IMG/VR virus record: IMGVR_UViG_3300025018_000466
Span: 1 to 27,689 of that record
Length of the DNA stretch: 27,689 bases
DNA from: a virus
Taxonomy: Duplodnaviria; Caudoviricetes
Strand: one strand, 5' to 3'
Shown: piece after piece, positions 7,297-16,256 of the stretch
How positions within the stretch are numbered: the stretch's first letter is position 1
Layout: the number at the start of each line of letters is the position of its first letter
Program-made: the position numbers and the translations under genes
The notes under the pieces: generated by a model
What the model was told of the DNA's origin: nothing
Databases searched by the model: none
Seen by the model: only the letters and a program-made list of their open reading frames with translations

Positions 7297-8397
7297 TCAT
7301 GCCCGCACCGGCCGGCTGAGGCACCCGAAGAGCGGCGTGGCTCCGGCAGCGTCCGAGCTGCCGACACGGAGCACCGTGCCCGTGGCGTCCGCCCACGTGC
7401 CCACGCCCGTGATCGCCGTCGTGCCGTCGCCCGTCGTCGCGCCCGCCACGGTCATCGTCCGCGCGTCCCAGTCGATCGTCACCGTCAGTTTCTGGTGTGC
7501 GCTCCACGTGAGCGCGGAGGAGAGCGCGACGACGACCCCGCCCACGGTGAGCTGCATCTTCGGGGCGCCGCCGCCGCGCGAGATGGCGAGGTGGTGCGTC
7601 GCGTCCCGGAGGTAGATCGACGGGTCGTACGCGAGTGCAGCCAGGATCGTGTGGATCATCTCGGGCCACACGTCCACAGACCACGCGTCAGCATCGAGTG
7701 CCGAGCCGGCAGCGAACGAGCAGATATCCACGGCGCGCGTGCCCTCCGCGCCGGCGGTACGGATCGGGGAGGAGGTGAACGTGCCCTCCTGCGTCTCCCA
7801 CCCCCAGCACAGGAGGTTGTCACCGATCGCGCCGGTCTGCGTGCCGTCGTGGTACCCCAGGCAGACCGACAGATAGCGGGAGGTCGACGTAACCGAATTC
7901 ACCAGCCGTGACCAAGCGACGGGGATCGGCGTGCGCGGGTCGCCGTTCACCGTGGTCCCGGTGTCGATGTCGCAGAACGATCCCTGCGTCCCGGCCTTCA
8001 CGAAGCACGAGAAGATCGACGCAGGGATCGAGCCGCCCTTGTCGTGGTAGCGCCAACGATCGTTGATCACCGTCCCGATCGAGGTGATCCGATCGGCCGT
8101 GAGCACACTTCCATCCGGACCGTCGGCGACGTTGCTTGTCAGTGTCGCCGCCCCGCCCGTGCCGCCCTGCCCCGAGTTGATGACCTTGTTCGTGCGCGAG
8201 CCCTCGATGCGGATCGCCCCGTCGGGCAGGATCGCGGGGACGTCGGTCCCGTACCACGCCGCGCCCCACAGCTCGGTGCGCAGGTCGTACGACGCCGCCT
8301 CGGACGCGCGCGCGAAGGTCGCGGTCGCGTAGTCGAGGAGCGGCTGTCGCGGTCGCCGTGCCCCTAGCATCGCCGCTGCTCCTGCGCGTCGCAGCAT
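7297..8397 (-). CDS. Virion fibre/spike protein with lectin-like (ConA/LamG) beta-sandwich domains; head-spike-fibre-like N-terminus (366 aa)
   Basis: ATG at 8397 in a TGATG overlap; motifs TFARASEAASYD, GAIRIEGSRTN, WGWETQEGTFTSSPI and TRAVD are typical of this fibre family. Confidence 0.65.
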   Translation of the reverse strand: MLRRAGAAAMLGARRPRQPLLDYATATFARASEAASYDLRTELWGAAWYGTDVPAILPDGAIRIEGSRTNKVINSGQGGTGGAATLTSNVADGPDGSVLTADRITSIGTVINDRWRYHDKGGSIPASIFSCFVKAGTQGSFCDIDTGTTVNGDPRTPIPVAWSRLVNSVTSTSRYLSVCLGYHDGTQTGAIGDNLLCWGWETQEGTFTSSPIRTAGAEGTRAVDICSFAAGSALDADAWSVDVWPEMIHTILAALAYDPSIYLRDATHHLAISRGGGAPKMQLTVGGVVVALSSALTWSAHQKLTVTIDWDARTMTVAGATTGDGTTAITGVGTWADATGTVLRVGSSDAAGATPLFGCLSRPVRA

Positions 8398-10181
8398 CAG
8401 ACCGCCGCCAGATCCCCGCGCACGAGCGCTTCGTCGGTGTCGAGGACGGTGACAACGAGACTTGACCACTGCTCGGCCGTGTACGGATTGAACGTCGCGC
8501 CGAGGCGTAGCGTGACGCCGCTCCCCACGACCTGGACCTGGCCCGCGCCCTCCTGGACGTACTCCACGGTCACGCCCGGCGTGAGCGCTGCGGGCACCGT
8601 GATCGTGACCGTGGTCGCGGCAGTACAGCGGATCACTTTGCCGGCGTCTGCGGCAGCCATGTTGCGCGCGGTGCCGGACTCCGTCTCGATCGTCGCAATG
8701 GCCGGGTGCACGTGATCGGATCGCGCTGCACCGGCCCCCGTGCCACTGTCCCCGAGCCCTACGACGGCGACAGGCGTGAAGTCGGAGAGCCGAATCCACC
8801 GCTGCCAGACCGCCGCCCCCGCAGCAACGTCCGTGGCGACGTACACCTCCTCGGCGAAGTGGTCGATCCAGATCGATCCGCGCTGGTACCCGGCCGCGGA
8901 GTCGTCAGTCACAGTCGGCGCAGACACTGCGCCGACCAGGTAGTCTTTGATCACCGCATACGCGCCCGCTCCGGTCCGAGTGAGCCGCCCCAGCGCCACG
9001 CCGGCGAAGTCCGCGTCGAGGATCGCGTTGTCGCTGGCCATCACCGCGCCGGCGGCTGCAACGTTCGTTGCGTCGGTCACATCCGCGCCCGCTTCGATTC
9101 CCGCGAGCTTTGCGACGTCGACGGGCAAGCAGGCCGCCGTGAACCAGTCGGTTCCGTTGGTCCAAAGCCACCAGCGCCCGCCGTCAACGTCGAGCACCCT
9201 CGTCGCGGCGACGCCGTCGATCTCTTCGGCCGCGGCGCGGAGGAGGGAAATCGGCTTCAGCGACGCGTTGTTCTCGCGGTCGATGATCAGCACAGGAATC
9301 AGCGCCCCCACGTTCGACGGCGCGGGGAGCTGCACGTCGATCGAGACCGACGTGTCGACGACGAGCACGCACGTCTCGGCCGCGAGGGTGTGCGGCGTCG
9401 CACTCGCGACCGTGACCGCGAGCGCGATCTGGTGCACGTGATCCGCCCTGGCGAGCGCGCTCGACGTGCCCTCGGCGCTCACGGCGCGGCCCGCGATGGC
9501 GGCTGCGGAGTCGGTCAAGACGTCGTGCTTGTGGTCCTCACGCGCCGCCTCGAACCCGGTCCCCGCCGCTGCCGCGGCCTTGGTGACGTTGGCGGGCGCA
9601 ATAGCTGAGAGCCGAAGCCATCGCTGCCAGATAGCCGCACCCGTTGCAACGTTCGTTGCTACGTACACCTCTTCTGCAAAGTGGTCGATCCAGATCGATC
9701 CCCGTGAGTAGTTCTCGGTGTTATCGTTGCCCACCCCGGGCGGAATGACCTCCGTCAACAGGTTATTTTTGATGAGGGCAAGGTGCACATCGCGGATGAG
9801 ATCTTCTACCGCTAGTGCCCACCCTGCATCGGCGTCGAACTGCGCCTTCTCCTGCGCTGCGGGGATCCGCCAGTCGAACACACCACTGAGGCGAATCGCA
9901 TAGCACTGCTCGTCTGCGTTGTCGAGAATGGTGCGGCCGACGTCCGTGTACGTGAAAAGACGAACTAGGTACGTACCGCGCACGTCCGGCGTGAACGTTG
10001 GCGTGGGCGATGTCGCGCTCGACAGCACGGCCCCCGACCCAATGGGGCGGTAGATGATCGTCCACGCCCAGCCAAGCACGCCTGTGTTGTCGAAGTTGCT
10101 GAGCGTGATCTCCGTAAGGCTCCCCCCATCCACCGTTCCGGTGTGGGGGGTTCCGTCATTGAATACGATTAGGGCTGCCAT
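8397..10181 (-). CDS. Modular tail fibre protein with N-terminal PKD/Ig-like domain, duplicated module and HxH motifs (594 aa)
   Basis: WAWTIIYRPIGSGAVLSSATSPTPTFTPDVRGTYLVRL (PKD-like); AREDHKH, ARADHVH, ARSDHVH; KLAGIEAGADVTD fibre motif; GAGG RBS. Confidence 0.75.
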   Translation of the reverse strand: MAALIVFNDGTPHTGTVDGGSLTEITLSNFDNTGVLGWAWTIIYRPIGSGAVLSSATSPTPTFTPDVRGTYLVRLFTYTDVGRTILDNADEQCYAIRLSGVFDWRIPAAQEKAQFDADAGWALAVEDLIRDVHLALIKNNLLTEVIPPGVGNDNTENYSRGSIWIDHFAEEVYVATNVATGAAIWQRWLRLSAIAPANVTKAAAAAGTGFEAAREDHKHDVLTDSAAAIAGRAVSAEGTSSALARADHVHQIALAVTVASATPHTLAAETCVLVVDTSVSIDVQLPAPSNVGALIPVLIIDRENNASLKPISLLRAAAEEIDGVAATRVLDVDGGRWWLWTNGTDWFTAACLPVDVAKLAGIEAGADVTDATNVAAAGAVMASDNAILDADFAGVALGRLTRTGAGAYAVIKDYLVGAVSAPTVTDDSAAGYQRGSIWIDHFAEEVYVATDVAAGAAVWQRWIRLSDFTPVAVVGLGDSGTGAGAARSDHVHPAIATIETESGTARNMAAADAGKVIRCTAATTVTITVPAALTPGVTVEYVQEGAGQVQVVGSGVTLRLGATFNPYTAEQWSSLVVTVLDTDEALVRGDLAAV

Positions 10182-10191
10182 CGGAACATCC

Positions 10192-11580
10192 TCACGTGAG
10201 CGTGATCGAAGCTGCCGCGATGCGCGCGACTTGGTAGGGGAGGATCAGCCCATCGGCGACGGGGGGTATCGAGCCCGAAAGTGCCAGGAACCGGAAGTTC
10301 GCCATCCCGGGCACGCCCATGGCGCGCTCGATGATCTCAGCCCCGATCACGTGCGCTCCGATGTCCAGCGTGTTGATGTAGCTCTGGATCACCCGCACGC
10401 ACTCGGCCGAGACGTCGTCGACGTCGAACCCGTTGGCGACTGCAATTGCGGCCTCGACACTCTGGAAGATCGCCGCCGGGGCGCGCACGTAGACGATGAC
10501 TCCTACGGGGCGTACTCCGGGGTAAGAGATCCGGTCGTCGGGGTCCCCGTCGATGACCTTCTGCGTCTGCTGGATGAGCCCGATGAAGTACCGATACTCA
10601 GCGCGCACGACGTCGCTCGCCGACAGGGCGACGACAAGATCTACTTGGCCCGTGGCGGCGTTCAAGTAGTAGTCAGTGTTGCGCACTAGGGGGACTGCAT
10701 TGACGCTCAGCACGAACGACCCGTCGTCACGAACGGGCCTCTCGGTCGTGAACACACGAGTCTCGCCACCTACGGCTGATGCGAGCACCACGTCGGGGGT
10801 AGTGAGGTAGCCCGAGCTGTATTCGTCGACGCTGCCGGTCCCATCGTCGATGTACAACTCCGCGTACCCGGCGGGGGTCGCGGACTCAACGATCCTGGCA
10901 AAGAGCACTCTCCGCCCATCGGCGAGGCGGACGTTGCGCGCGAACCCCTCGCACGCTGCGACCGTCCCACGCGCGAGCGAGCGCACGTACGCCTTGAGCC
11001 GTGCTCGGAAATCACGGTCGGATTCACGGTCGGCGCCGTTGTCAAAGGCCGTTCCGTTCGTCACCCCCGTGACGCCCGCCACGCGCGTCACGAAGCGCCG
11101 GATTTCGTCGCTCGCGACGTTGCCCCGCACACCCGCGTCGAGAGCAACCACGCCCACCGCTCCCGACAACGTATTGCCCGGCGTGATGGATCCCGAGACC
11201 GTCGTGCGGTAGCGGATCAGGCCCTCGGCGTCCTCGGCGGCCACGATGGTACCCGCGGGGATGGTCACGGTCCCGACCGTGGTCACGCGCGAGAACACCA
11301 CGTCGCCCGACGCGTAGCCCGCGGCCCTGCGCGAGATGGACCCCGGCTGGATCTCGGCGGCGCGTAGATCGAGATCAGAGCCCGTCGCCGTATCGATCGA
11401 GAAGAGCTGTCGGAGGCGCGCGAGCTGAAAGTACACCTCGGCAAGCTCGTTCGCCGCCGCGGCCAAGATGTGCCGCACAGCTGAGTTGTCTTCGAGGCGC
11501 GCGAGGGCCGAGCGCGCTACCACACGCGCCGCCATGCTGCGGAGGATCTCGACCCGGGTTCGAGGGCGAAAAACCGGCAT
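10192..11580 (-). CDS. Baseplate J/gp47-like wedge protein
   Basis: IDTATGSDLDLRAAE, GTVTIPAGTIV, GVRGNV, GVTGVTN..FDNGADRESDRDFRAR...SLARGT are signature baseplate J motifs. Confidence 0.92.
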   Translation of the reverse strand: MPVFRPRTRVEILRSMAARVVARSALARLEDNSAVRHILAAAANELAEVYFQLARLRQLFSIDTATGSDLDLRAAEIQPGSISRRAAGYASGDVVFSRVTTVGTVTIPAGTIVAAEDAEGLIRYRTTVSGSITPGNTLSGAVGVVALDAGVRGNVASDEIRRFVTRVAGVTGVTNGTAFDNGADRESDRDFRARLKAYVRSLARGTVAACEGFARNVRLADGRRVLFARIVESATPAGYAELYIDDGTGSVDEYSSGYLTTPDVVLASAVGGETRVFTTERPVRDDGSFVLSVNAVPLVRNTDYYLNAATGQVDLVVALSASDVVRAEYRYFIGLIQQTQKVIDGDPDDRISYPGVRPVGVIVYVRAPAAIFQSVEAAIAVANGFDVDDVSAECVRVIQSYINTLDIGAHVIGAEIIERAMGVPGMANFRFLALSGSIPPVADGLILPYQVARIAAASITLT

Positions 11581-13370
11581 TACACCCCGCTACTCCGCCC
11601 GAAGGGTAGCACGAGCGTTGTTCCACGTCGCCGCCCCGTTACGATTGGCGTGATCTCCTGGGTCAACACGTCGCCGTCAAGCACGACCGCAGACTCCGCG
11701 ATCCCTTCGATCCGACTGTCCGCGAGGATGGCCTCGCGCAGGTTGAGCGACGTCAACATGACGTGCTCGATCGTGCCCTTGCGGCCAATGTTGCGGTTGA
11801 CCCCCACCTGGGGGAGAAACGCCGTCGACCCGCGTTCGGTGTAGATGGTGATCGCCGCCCCTTGGACTACGTTGGCTAGCCCATGCACGAGGTCTGCGTC
11901 ACCTGCGCGTTCGCTCACGGGGTCGCGGAGATCGAGCACGCCTTCTGTGCGCAGCCGATCCATGTCGATGGCCAAGTCGACGCCGTAGAGCGCGTCGCCG
12001 ATCGAGAAGTAGCTGCTGGTTGAGTGGAGCCCCGTCGCACCCGACAACTCGCGCGTCGGTATCAAGATCTCATCGCCCGGCGAGAGCAGCCCCGGTCCTC
12101 CGCCAGGGTGGAAGTAGGGGGCGCTCAAGTCGTTGATCAGGATGATCAACTCCATCGGCACGCCGTACCGCGAAGCGAGGCCCTCCAAGGTGTCGCCTCG
12201 CGTCAAGCGCAGCGAGACCGAGCCACGATAGTCCGATGTGTCGAAACCCGCCGAGCCCTCCGAGCCGTACGCCACGCGCGTCCGAGAGCCGTCTGTCGCG
12301 CCAGCCGTGCCGTCGGCCATATCGCGCTCTGTGAGCGTGTTCTCACCCCGGTACGCCCCCAAGGTCTGCGCCGGGCTGAGCGCCTCAAACCGCTCTGGGA
12401 AGGCCACGATGCGATCGATGGCCTCCTCGATGCGTCGCAGGCTCCGCGCAGCCTCGGCCTCGGGCCCGAGCGCAGCATCCACGACAGACTCTGCAAGGAA
12501 ATCGGCGGCGTCTGCCACCTGCACGACCACGGTTGCGGCGAGTTGGATCGGGTACTGAATGAGCGCGCCCACGTTCCCGATCGCGTTGCCCACGGCGTTG
12601 ATGAACTGGCCGACGTTGACCATGACGGCGTTGATGTTTCCGATCTTGCCGCGGATCAAGCCGATGAACTTGTTGACCTCCGCAAAACTCGCACGCGCGT
12701 CGTGGAACGCGTTGGAGAGCCCGCGCATCCCCTCCGTCAGCATGTCCGACCCCGAGCGCGCCGCACGCCGTCGGAGGCGAGAGATCTCCGCCGCGTCGCC
12801 GATGGCCTGCGCCGTGATCCGGTACTGGTAGTGCATTCGCGTCGACTTCACGTCGCGGGGGGTCGTGAACACCGGCTGCGCCAGGATGAGATGATCGTCA
12901 TCTCGCAGAACATGCAGAATCAATCGAATGTAGGCCGCCGCGTCCGCGCTCTGCTTCAATAGGGAGTAGCGTCGGAACATGTTGCGCAAGCCCTTGAAGT
13001 GCTCGGCTCCAGTCAGCTCACGACCGCCACCTTGCGCCCCCTCGAAGGCGCGTGCCGCACGCTTGCGAACGCCGAACGTACCCTCGATCATGACCGTCCG
13101 CTGGATGATGCCGACGCTCTCGTCGACGACCGTGTTGTCCTCGGTTGGAGTGAGCGTGGACGAGTGTGGCTCGGTCAACTCATAGCGCTGGGGGTTGAGC
13201 ACAAGGGCGTGAACTTGTAGAGGTTGTGACTCCCGGATGTCGAGCAGCTCGAACACGAACCCATTGGCGAAGCCCGTCACGAGATCGGACTCGGGCGCGT
13301 CGGAACTGCCGGGGACCTGAATCGTGGTCCTTCCCGGGTCGGCGAGCGCACGTCCGAGATCTGAGGGCAC
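11580..13370 (-). CDS. Multidomain baseplate protein: tube-initiator-like N-terminus, helical linker, LysM and gp25/gpW-like C-terminus
   Basis: LNPQRYELTEP (tube-initiator-like); LysM RGDTLEGLASRYGVPMELIILINDL...PGDEILIP; gp25-like LVHGLANVVQ...TERGSTAFLPQVG...ADSRI. Confidence 0.75.
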   Translation of the reverse strand: MPSDLGRALADPGRTTIQVPGSSDAPESDLVTGFANGFVFELLDIRESQPLQVHALVLNPQRYELTEPHSSTLTPTEDNTVVDESVGIIQRTVMIEGTFGVRKRAARAFEGAQGGGRELTGAEHFKGLRNMFRRYSLLKQSADAAAYIRLILHVLRDDDHLILAQPVFTTPRDVKSTRMHYQYRITAQAIGDAAEISRLRRRAARSGSDMLTEGMRGLSNAFHDARASFAEVNKFIGLIRGKIGNINAVMVNVGQFINAVGNAIGNVGALIQYPIQLAATVVVQVADAADFLAESVVDAALGPEAEAARSLRRIEEAIDRIVAFPERFEALSPAQTLGAYRGENTLTERDMADGTAGATDGSRTRVAYGSEGSAGFDTSDYRGSVSLRLTRGDTLEGLASRYGVPMELIILINDLSAPYFHPGGGPGLLSPGDEILIPTRELSGATGLHSTSSYFSIGDALYGVDLAIDMDRLRTEGVLDLRDPVSERAGDADLVHGLANVVQGAAITIYTERGSTAFLPQVGVNRNIGRKGTIEHVMLTSLNLREAILADSRIEGIAESAVVLDGDVLTQEITPIVTGRRRGTTLVLPFGRSSGV

Positions 13371-13401
13371 GGGGGAAGCCTACCGCAGTCCGCCCTGCGA
13401 G

Positions 13402-14382
13402 TCACTTCTTCGCCTTGACGAGGTCAGACAGCGCGTTGCCCATGTCCACACCGAGCTGTGTGATGGCCATCTCGAACGCCGTGTTGACGAGCGTGCCCCC
13501 ACCGGCTTCAATCCCGGTCTTCACGAGAGCGACCCAAGTAGTGAGTGCCGTTCTGAAGTTGTCGAACGCCCCCTTGTTGTCGTCCCCCAGTACGAGGCGT
13601 TGCGTAGCGTCCTCCCCGAGATCGATCCGAACCTGCCCCGCGTCCTTCCAAACTTCGAGCACGTCCGTGCCATCCATCTCGACGGTGAGGCGCTTGGAGC
13701 TTTTCACGCGGATCCGCACTTGGCCTTGGCCCTCAGCGGGGTCCTCGTCGACGCGGTCCGACGTCGCACCTACGGTGTCAAGGAGCACGTCGCCCGCGCT
13801 GTTGATGCGCACCTCCGCGCCGGCAAAGCGAAAGAAACTCTCCTTGTCGTGCGGCGTGCCTCGCTCGGAACCACCCTCGGCCTCGGCCCAACCGTCGCCC
13901 TCGATCACCTCCCTGTGCGAGTGGGGGTGCGGGTAGGCACCCGTGACCACAGGGAAGCGGAAGTCGCCCTCGATGTAGTCCACGAGGACCACGTCCCCGT
14001 CGAGATCGCTGAGCACCGACGCCAGCTCGACGAAGCGACCTCGCCGCGTGATGGTACCGTCGACGTTCAGTGGGTCGCCCGACAACGTACGAGTCGTCTT
14101 ACGGGGGACCCACGGGGCCGCGTCGTTGACACCCCACCTCGACAGGACAGGCACCCGGCTAAGTCGAGCGCCGCTGCGCACGAGCACGACGTCGGCCTCG
14201 ACGGAGAACGCGCTCTCGCTCCGGTTCTCGCTCCCCGTGACGTACGTCTCGATCACCACGCCTCTATAGGGGCCGCGCGTGGTCTCGAAGGGACGTGGCT
14301 CCCCGCGCGTCCGCACGTCAAGCCCGGCCTGGTACACCCCGCCCGCGCTGCTACGCGTGGTCTTGAAGCGGCTGCGACTCAC
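13402..14382 (-). CDS. Baseplate central spike/assembly protein (gpV/gp45-like)
   Basis: Located after the hub; OB-fold-like GDVVLVDYIEGDFRFPVVTG followed by short beta-strand repeats (AEVRINSAGDVLL, LTVEMDG). Confidence 0.65.
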   Translation of the reverse strand: MSRSRFKTTRSSAGGVYQAGLDVRTRGEPRPFETTRGPYRGVVIETYVTGSENRSESAFSVEADVVLVRSGARLSRVPVLSRWGVNDAAPWVPRKTTRTLSGDPLNVDGTITRRGRFVELASVLSDLDGDVVLVDYIEGDFRFPVVTGAYPHPHSHREVIEGDGWAEAEGGSERGTPHDKESFFRFAGAEVRINSAGDVLLDTVGATSDRVDEDPAEGQGQVRIRVKSSKRLTVEMDGTDVLEVWKDAGQVRIDLGEDATQRLVLGDDNKGAFDNFRTALTTWVALVKTGIEAGGGTLVNTAFEMAITQLGVDMGNALSDLVKAKK

Positions 14383-16253
14383 GGTAGCCCCCCGATCGGG
14401 TCGTCGTCGTCAGGGAACGAGAGATCGGGGTCGACTGGGATAGGCTCGCCCGTTTCGAGCGCTTCTTGATCGAAGGTCACGTTGTCGCTCTCAAAGACGA
14501 AAGGCTCCATCTGGATCGTTTGCTCCTGCTCGCCTCGATATGCGCGCGCTGCGTCCTCTTCGGAAGGGGACGGCTGATCGGTGAAGTCCATGTCGACCGG
14601 CTCGTCGGCCATGAAGTCCATGTCAACGTCGCCGGTGTCCTCCGAGGCTCGCGCGGGATCAACCTCGAAGAGGTCGACGCCCTCCAAGCCCTCGTCGGTG
14701 ATCGACGTCGTGCTGAACCCGACCTCCCCCCCGGCGATCTGCGACACCATCGTGTCGAAGTCCTCCGAGAGCAGCTCGCTGTCGGTCGTGCGGATGACGG
14801 TGACGGGCTGTCGGGCCATCTCGCTGTAGACGCGATTGAGCAGCTCTTCGCCTTCGTACTCGCCGCGTGTCAGCGTCAACGTGGTTTGCCCCCCTTTCGA
14901 GTATGCGTAGTTGTTGGCCACGCCCTCGACATAGTACATGACGACGCCGTCACGTCGGATCTCCCGTACGCGATGCCCGATTCGGATCTCCGGCATGACG
15001 CGCGTCGTCTGCACCGTGCCACTCAACTGCATCGGAGCGATCACGTACCAGTCATGCAAACGCCGGAGCCAGTTGCCGGCGAGCCGCGCGAAGTTCGTCC
15101 CGCGCTCTCTTGATGCCAAGAGCATGTACGGGGTGGACTGCTGCCACTTGCGCAACCCGTGCTTCTCGATACTGGCGAGGTTCCAGATCGGGATCGAGCC
15201 GGGGCGGCCATTCTGAGCACCGTGTTGCTGTAAGACAGCTTGCAGCTCGACACCTTGTCGCCCCGCTACGTCAAGGAGCCAGTAGTTGAAACGGTGCGCC
15301 GGTCCACCCTTGGCGATCTGCCGACCGGCCACGTCGCCCAGATCCAACGTGTGGGTGATGAGTTGATCCCAGTGCATGTGATCGCCGTGGGTCTTGAACG
15401 GTTTGCGCCGGAGGGTAACCGTGGGCACGAGCCCGGTGTGCAACGCGCGGCTGTCGCTGGGGGGAGGACCGAGATCGATCCACAGCTCGTTCATCATCCC
15501 GTTGCATACCTCTTGAAGCATCGACCACAGGTTCTTCCCATCCTGGTCGGGAGCGATCAAGGCCGGGTAGGAGTCGAATCCGTCGTGCTCCTCGCTCTTG
15601 CACGAGATGCGCTGCCGCAGGAGATCGTAAAAGCTCCCGCCGCCGAGCCCGGGGGGTAGACGCCACGGCTGGGTGAGCGAGTAGTTGCCGATCCAGATGT
15701 CGAGCAACGCTTCGACGAACCGTCCCGGAGGGCCGCTGATGCTCCCCGAGCCGCGCTGGTAGATGCCGGCGATCCCGACGGCCGCGCCGATGTCGTAAAC
15801 GTTGACGAACGCAACGGTCTGCTCCAGCACCTTGCCGACGTCGCGCCCCGTGAGAGTGTAGATCTCCGCGCGCTCCCCAAGCCCCTGCCGAGTCACGCTC
15901 TCTGACACGGAGTCGAGGATCCCGAGCATGCCGTCGATAGGCTCGCCGTCGCAGATCCACTGGATGAAGACCCACGTCCCCTCGGGGTCGTCCCACAAAC
16001 GCGTCCAGCTCTGAGCCGTGCCCGTTCCGGGCGTGGCGATGCCGGCCGTTACGTGCTCCTCGGAAGGCTTCTTGACGACGATGGTGAAACTGCCGGCGGC
16101 GTCACCGAACTGCTTGGTCGTGCTGCATGAGACGATTCGACCGAAACCCGGATCGTAGCCCTCGACCACCCCGGAGAACCCGTCGTTGAACGAGTGGAAC
16201 TCCAGTCGGACTCGGGTGTGCGTCGCCGATGGCTCGTACGTGCTTCGCGCCAT
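14379..16253 (-). CDS. Baseplate hub protein (gp27/gpD-like) with long acidic C-terminal extension
   Basis: Directly after tape measure; motifs IVSCSTTKQFGDAAGSFTI, TLTGRDVGKVLE, PEIRIG, YYVEGVANNY...TTLTLTRG. Confidence 0.72.
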   Translation of the reverse strand: MARSTYEPSATHTRVRLEFHSFNDGFSGVVEGYDPGFGRIVSCSTTKQFGDAAGSFTIVVKKPSEEHVTAGIATPGTGTAQSWTRLWDDPEGTWVFIQWICDGEPIDGMLGILDSVSESVTRQGLGERAEIYTLTGRDVGKVLEQTVAFVNVYDIGAAVGIAGIYQRGSGSISGPPGRFVEALLDIWIGNYSLTQPWRLPPGLGGGSFYDLLRQRISCKSEEHDGFDSYPALIAPDQDGKNLWSMLQEVCNGMMNELWIDLGPPPSDSRALHTGLVPTVTLRRKPFKTHGDHMHWDQLITHTLDLGDVAGRQIAKGGPAHRFNYWLLDVAGRQGVELQAVLQQHGAQNGRPGSIPIWNLASIEKHGLRKWQQSTPYMLLASRERGTNFARLAGNWLRRLHDWYVIAPMQLSGTVQTTRVMPEIRIGHRVREIRRDGVVMYYVEGVANNYAYSKGGQTTLTLTRGEYEGEELLNRVYSEMARQPVTVIRTTDSELLSEDFDTMVSQIAGGEVGFSTTSITDEGLEGVDLFEVDPARASEDTGDVDMDFMADEPVDMDFTDQPSPSEEDAARAYRGEQEQTIQMEPFVFESDNVTFDQEALETGEPIPVDPDLSFPDDDDPIGGLP

Positions 16254-16256
16254 TGC

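Noticed and set aside
8784-9710. Diversity-generating retroelement template/variable repeat pair
   Set aside because: Differences are mostly synonymous and not adenine-specific, both copies are in frame in one gene, and no reverse transcriptase is in the window.
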